DNA from: Candidatus Poribacteria bacterium
Lineage (GTDB): Bacteria; Poribacteria; WGA-4E; WGA-3G
NCBI GenBank assembly: GCA_965205015.1
Contig: OZ242029.1
Location: forward strand, 4,544,001 to 4,608,000
Direction: 5' to 3'
DNA: 64,000 nt
Of this stretch, positions 59,175 to 64,000 are shown one piece after another. The position numbers and the translations under genes were made by a program. Under the pieces are notes generated by a model, which was not told where the DNA came from, did not search any database, and was given only the letters and a program-made list of their open reading frames with translations. How positions within the stretch are numbered: position 1 is the stretch's first letter; every line of letters starts with the position of its first letter.

Positions 59175-59849
59175 ATGGCGATAGTAGTAGAAGGAACAGG
59201 CTTAACGAAACGTTTTGGCAGCGGCGATGCCACCGTTGTTGCAGTTGACGCGGTCGATATCCGAATTGAAGCGGGTGAACTGGTGATGCTAATGGGCGAC
59301 AGTGGTTGTGGAAAAACAACGCTCATCAGTCTCCTCGGCTGTATTTTAACGCCGGATGATGGGGAACTCCACATTGATGGCGAACCGATTAACCCTGAAG
59401 TGCAAGATTTGAGCGTCATTCGTCGTGAAAAGATCGGATTCGTCTTCCAACTGTTTCACCTACTGCCCTATCTCACTGCCCTGGAAAATGTCATGGTTGC
59501 TATGGATCTCGCTCGAACAAAGACAACCGAAGCGGAAAGCCGCGCCATAGAACTCCTCACACAGGTCGGTTTGAACGAACGACTTCATCATCGTCCCGCC
59601 CAACTCTCCGGTGGTGAAAAACAACGTGTCTCTTTTGCCCGCGCCCTCGCCAACCGTCCGAAAATCATCTTCGCCGATGAACCTACCGCCAATCTCGACA
59701 GTCGCCAAGGCGACAACCTCATGAACCTTATCCAAGAACTGCGTCAAGAACACCAAACGACTATCGCGATTGTAACACACCACGAAGGATTAAAAGAGAA
59801 TGCTGATCGTGTTATCCAGATGAAAGATGGAAGGATCCTCACCACATGA
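59175..59849 (+). CDS. ABC transporter ATP-binding protein (LolD/MacB-like)
   Basis: [35 protein letters not shown]. Confidence 0.95.
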   Translation: MAIVVEGTGLTKRFGSGDATVVAVDAVDIRIEAGELVMLMGDSGCGKTTLISLLGCILTPDDGELHIDGEPINPEVQDLSVIRREKIGFVFQLFHLLPYLTALENVMVAMDLARTKTTEAESRAIELLTQVGLNERLHHRPAQLSGGEKQRVSFARALANRPKIIFADEPTANLDSRQGDNLMNLIQELRQEHQTTIAIVTHHEGLKENADRVIQMKDGRILTT

Positions 59850-61255
59850 ACAGAAATAACGGGATCGTATATTGTGGAAGATGTATCTTTGCCTCGATCA
59901 TCGGAACCCTAATTTTTTTCTTCATTCTACCGACGCTTACCCCTGCCGAAGAAGATCAAACCTTAACCAAACTGGAACACCCCGACTTCCTAACAAGTGG
60001 ACTGTACGGTGGCGGTCTCACCTTCATCAACGGCGATGCTTACGTCCGACTTCAACTTCAACCGGATATACCGCTCGGAAAAGTCGGCATTGGGTTAGAT
60101 TTAATTCTGCTTTATAACCCTTACGCAGAGGGAGATGATCCCCCAATCCTCGCTGAGGACGGCGAAGCATGGGACAGTCCCAGTACCTGGTTAAGACTCG
60201 TCCGTTATGTTCGCTACGGTCGACCTTACGATCCTTTTTATGCCCGATTCGGGGAGTTAGATTACCTAACCATTGGGCACGGTTCAATTATGTCGGGTTA
60301 TTCTAATTACGATCGGCGCGGGTTACGTCTGAATCTCAGAAATTCCGAAAACCGTTACGGCATTGAAACAATGATGAACGACATCGGTAATCCTACAATT
60401 TTCGGAGGCCGCGGATTTTATCGCCCGTTTCAACGAGAAGAAAATAATAACTTACTGACGCGGTTTGAACTCGGTGCAACCTATCTCACAGACATCAATC
60501 CGAATCTACAAGAAGAGGGGGAAGAACCCTTGAATGCCGTCGGGCTTGATGTGGGATTCCCAATTTTTGAGACAAGCGCGTTTCGACTCGATCTCTATGA
60601 CGACATCGCTTTCCTCAATACATTATCCGAAGACAACACAGAAATAGAAATCACGCTTACAGAAGAAAATCAAGTAACAACGAATCTCGCCTGGGGGAAC
60701 GCTGTTGGCGTTGGATTCTCTTTCACCCAAACGCTCTTCAAAATAGAGTATCGCACGTTTGGAGAGGGCTATATCCCTTCCGTGTTCGATTACACATACG
60801 AATCTGCGAAATCGTTATCCCCGGCGCCAGATATGCCCCAATTCTTGGGCTTAGCGGCAAACACTGAACCGAGACGCGGCTTTTTCTCACAACTTATCTG
60901 GCATCCGATGCCACAAATTCATTTCATGGGGACATTCGAGGATTATACGAACACGGAACCGAAACTCTATATGGCGGTGACAGAGTCGGGATTAGTCCCA
61001 CGTTTTTCGCTGCGGGCATTCTACACAAAACGCGATATCGGTGAGGGTGGAGAGACGAATTTCTTCGGAGATCTGTTCGATTTAGATGAAAAATCGGCAT
61101 TCAGTGTAGAGGTGCGTTATGAAGTCTTTCCACCGGTTGTGACGATTGTTACCCGTGAATACACGTTTCGTCGCGTTGAAACAGCAGAAGGGGTTTCCGA
61201 ATTTGAGCCGATTCATAAAACGTCGTTTATGGTAGGGGTGAGTACAGATTTTTAG
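59846..61255 (+). CDS. Probable outer-membrane beta-barrel protein, function unknown
   Basis: Signal peptide, alternating amphipathic strands, C-terminal Phe. Confidence 0.6.
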   Translation: MNRNNGIVYCGRCIFASIIGTLIFFFILPTLTPAEEDQTLTKLEHPDFLTSGLYGGGLTFINGDAYVRLQLQPDIPLGKVGIGLDLILLYNPYAEGDDPPILAEDGEAWDSPSTWLRLVRYVRYGRPYDPFYARFGELDYLTIGHGSIMSGYSNYDRRGLRLNLRNSENRYGIETMMNDIGNPTIFGGRGFYRPFQREENNNLLTRFELGATYLTDINPNLQEEGEEPLNAVGLDVGFPIFETSAFRLDLYDDIAFLNTLSEDNTEIEITLTEENQVTTNLAWGNAVGVGFSFTQTLFKIEYRTFGEGYIPSVFDYTYESAKSLSPAPDMPQFLGLAANTEPRRGFFSQLIWHPMPQIHFMGTFEDYTNTEPKLYMAVTESGLVPRFSLRAFYTKRDIGEGGETNFFGDLFDLDEKSAFSVEVRYEVFPPVVTIVTREYTFRRVETAEGVSEFEPIHKTSFMVGVSTDF

Positions 61256-61263
61256 AAAAAACG

Positions 61264-61288
61264 GTCGCGATCGGGAGATCGCTCCTAT
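61264..61288 (-). repeat. GTAG-family REP (intergenic)
   Basis: gtcgcgatcgggagatcgctcctat between convergent genes. Confidence 0.7.
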
Positions 61289-61318
61289 AGGAAGAATCTC
61301 CAGCAAATAGAAAACACA

Positions 61319-62773
61319 TCAATCTGTTCCACGTTCTATTTCCGCTGCAACAAGTTCACCCAAGAGATTGCCTCTTGCGTTAACCGAGATAACTTTACCC
61401 TCTCGATCCAATAAAAACGGTGCCGGGATACCGCGGACCCCATACTTTTCAACGAGGGGACCGCTCCATCCTCCACCGTCAAAGATTTGTCGCCACGGCA
61501 ACCGGTTCTCCTTGATAAACTCACGCAACACCGCCTCATCCTTATCGAGACTTATCCCGATAACATCAAAGCCTTTGGCGTGGTATTTCTCGTATACCCC
61601 TTTGACGTTCGACATTTCTCCAATACACGGTCCACACCACACTGCCCAGAAATCAAGCAGAACGACTTTGCCACGGTAGTCTGCAAGTGAAATTGGTTCG
61701 CCCTCCAAATCAACTGTTGATGAGAAATCGGATAGGACTTGCCCCACCCACGCCAAAGTGGGATCTGCCGTCACCCGATATGCGTGGGCAAGTTCGGAGT
61801 TGCCTAACTTTTCGTGGAGGTTAGCCAAGCCGCTCCAAGCAGCTCGGTCATCTGGGTTCTGCTTTAATCGACCTTCAAATACCAACTGTAACTTCTGAAA
61901 AACTGCTTGAGCTTCTTTGGTATTCCCTAAGGCTTCGTGAATTTCAGACAACATTCTTGTGTGAATCCAATCGTCAGGTGTCAGTTTTAACTGTTCTTCA
62001 AAAACGTGTTGAATCTTGCCGAGCACTGTAGTCCATCGTTCTCTTAGCGGATGGTCGCCTTCAAGCCGCTGATAAAAATCGTTAGGCCTTGCTGTTACAT
62101 ACTCGTAATCATAACAAAATCGGTATATCCATTGTGACAAAGCAGGTTTTCCACTTTCCTGCAAGTCACCTTGGAAAGGAGATGTCACAGTAAGTGTTTG
62201 ATGTTTTTGATGCCGCTCAAAGAGTCCTTCGAGTGCGGTAACGGCTTCTTCGTGGAGATAATCAAAACCAGCCTTTTCAAAAGCCAAATAGCAGACTTCA
62301 ACATCGTTTGGCAACAGTACCATTGCTTTCTGGACAACATCCCAGAAACCATCATGTGGTATGTCGTACGGGGTTCCTGCGAGTACTATAGCCGAGAATT
62401 TTGCTGCAGCGCCATTGTCGGGATTACTTTCCAAGACCCTTTGGGCATGCTTATATAAGTCTTTACGCAACGCCTCAGGAAAGCTCCAAACGAACTCGTA
62501 CCAAACGAGATTGGACGGGAGCGACGTCTTTCCATTAACAACGCCCGCATCAATTTTTGCCTTGAGGTAAACAGCCAGTGCCGCTTGAAACTCGGGCACA
62601 CTTGCCCAATAAGTCTCCAACTTGCCATTGTCGTTGTGGTGCAGATTCGAGAATACCTCCCATATATCTACAGCATCCTCATCCTGTTCAGAAAATGCCT
62701 GATTCGGAAAGATCGGCACTCCGAAATAAAACCCAATAACCAAAAGTGTTAAACATACACATTCCTTCTGCAT
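61319..62773 (-). CDS. TPR-like + TlpA/ResA family disulfide reductase
   Basis: Signal peptide; GKVVLLDFWAVWCGPC, YGVRGIP..FLLDREGK. Confidence 0.9.
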   Translation of the reverse strand: MQKECVCLTLLVIGFYFGVPIFPNQAFSEQDEDAVDIWEVFSNLHHNDNGKLETYWASVPEFQAALAVYLKAKIDAGVVNGKTSLPSNLVWYEFVWSFPEALRKDLYKHAQRVLESNPDNGAAAKFSAIVLAGTPYDIPHDGFWDVVQKAMVLLPNDVEVCYLAFEKAGFDYLHEEAVTALEGLFERHQKHQTLTVTSPFQGDLQESGKPALSQWIYRFCYDYEYVTARPNDFYQRLEGDHPLRERWTTVLGKIQHVFEEQLKLTPDDWIHTRMLSEIHEALGNTKEAQAVFQKLQLVFEGRLKQNPDDRAAWSGLANLHEKLGNSELAHAYRVTADPTLAWVGQVLSDFSSTVDLEGEPISLADYRGKVVLLDFWAVWCGPCIGEMSNVKGVYEKYHAKGFDVIGISLDKDEAVLREFIKENRLPWRQIFDGGGWSGPLVEKYGVRGIPAPFLLDREGKVISVNARGNLLGELVAAEIERGTD

Positions 62774-62836
62774 CTGTTTGTCCCCGCGTGCTCTTCGCCC
62801 AAAACCGATAGCAGGCGTCAGTGAGTAGATAAAAAT

Positions 62837-64000
62837 TTAGTCCACTTCACCTGCCAAGTGCTCAGCAACAAGCTTATCCAAAGTGCTACTTCGGACCTTA
62901 ACCGAGATAACTTTGCCCTCTCGATCCAGCAGAAACATTCTCGGTACGCTACGGATACCATACCGCTGTGCTAAGGGACCTTTGAGCCGCTTACCGTCAA
63001 AAATCTGCCGCCACGGCAACGGATTCTCCTCAATAAATTCGCGCAACGCCGTCTCATCTGTGTCAAGGCTTATTCCAATAACGTCAAAGTCTTTGTTATG
63101 ATACTTCTCATATACGGCTTTGATAGTCGGTAGCCCCGCGATACATGGACGACACCACGTCGCCCAAAAATCAAGCAAAATAACCTTGCCGCGATAGTCT
63201 GTGAGTGAAATCGGTTTACCCGCTAAGTCAACAGCAGGTAAGAGATCAGGCAACATCTCCCCCTTAAATGCCAAAGTAGGATCTGCTCTTACCCGATATT
63301 CGCGGGCTAACTCAGGATTTCCAAACTTTTCATGGATACCGGCTAATACTCCCAAAGCAGAATCGTCGTTCGGGTTTCTCTCCAATCGTTTTTCAAAAAC
63401 TGGTTGGACCTTCTTGAAAACCGCCTCAGCTGCTTCGTCATTCCCCAACGTTTCGTGAACATAGGCAACAATATAAAAAACATAGGAATCAGGCTTCTGC
63501 TTCCACTCCCTCTCAAACACAGCGGGAATCTCACTTAACACTGCTCTCCATCGCTCAATCAGTGGATCGTTACTGTCAATTTGTTTATAAACTAAGCTGG
63601 GTGTCATCAAATTTTCGTCACTACTATACAGTCTCATTACCCACTTATATGGAATCGGATAGATGGTTCCACGAAGTCGCTCAAAGAGCCTTTCAAGCGA
63701 AACAAGTGCCTTTTCGTTCATCGGATTACCAATCCGTGTGCATGTTGCATACGCGAAGAAACAAATCTCAATATCATTATGCACCAACACCATCGCTTTT
63801 TCTACAAGGGGATACTTTTCAATCGGCTTTTGAGCATCTATGTCGCCAAATGCCTCAATTGCCAGAAACTTTGCAGCTGCACCGTTGTTCGGGTCTGCCT
63901 TCAGAACATTTTCAGCGTGTGATTTGAGTTCTCGCCGCATCTCCTTCGGAAAGCGGTGGACGTAACTTGGTAAGCGGGGTGGAAGTGATGTCAGCCCGTC
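62837..64000 (-). CDS. TPR-like + TlpA family disulfide reductase, paralog, 5'-truncated by window edge
   Basis: FWATWCRPC; frame open to 64000 (DGLTSLP matches paralog NGKTSLP). Confidence 0.88.
   Translation of the reverse strand, partial: DGLTSLPPRLPSYVHRFPKEMRRELKSHAENVLKADPNNGAAAKFLAIEAFGDIDAQKPIEKYPLVEKAMVLVHNDIEICFFAYATCTRIGNPMNEKALVSLERLFERLRGTIYPIPYKWVMRLYSSDENLMTPSLVYKQIDSNDPLIERWRAVLSEIPAVFEREWKQKPDSYVFYIVAYVHETLGNDEAAEAVFKKVQPVFEKRLERNPNDDSALGVLAGIHEKFGNPELAREYRVRADPTLAFKGEMLPDLLPAVDLAGKPISLTDYRGKVILLDFWATWCRPCIAGLPTIKAVYEKYHNKDFDVIGISLDTDETALREFIEENPLPWRQIFDGKRLKGPLAQRYGIRSVPRMFLLDREGKVISVKVRSSTLDKLVAEHLAGEVD

Noticed and set aside
1-64000. tRNA/rRNA genes, known riboswitches, transposases or RAYT, prophage genes
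   Set aside because: None were recognisable by eye; a covariance-model scan would be needed to exclude small RNAs.

Overview
This is a gene-dense 64 kb bacterial chromosome segment with about 53 CDSs and no rRNA, tRNA, CRISPR array or transposase that I could see. Its protein repertoire (paired LamG and ConA-like secreted proteins with a C-terminal V-x-P-x-x-K/R-x(4)-W-G-x-I/L-K tail, two phytanoyl-CoA dioxygenase-family genes, sugar-phosphate isomerases) suggests Candidatus Poribacteria; that assignment is an inference. Recognisable housekeeping genes are ubiE/menG, pheT, msrA, serA, tatA, trxB, moaC, lpxK, lpxB and argC. The most striking structure lies below gene level. Several families of short palindromic repeats (GTAG-type REPs and a ~90 bp element flanked by heptamer arrays) occur between genes and also in frame inside coding sequences: pheT, lpxK, a LarA-family gene and a large adenylate cyclase, and less certainly lpxB, a transglutaminase and a TlpA protein. 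There they add extra peptide segments. Other notable points are a shared C-terminal putative sorting signal on 4-5 secreted proteins of three different folds, an AT-rich HEPN/coiled-coil/RecJ-C-like/wHTH candidate defence protein, an orphan ATP-grasp ligase in a serA-PhyH operon, a split DUF6178 gene and a membrane protein with several Sm-like folds. All family assignments come from motif recognition; no database search was run.
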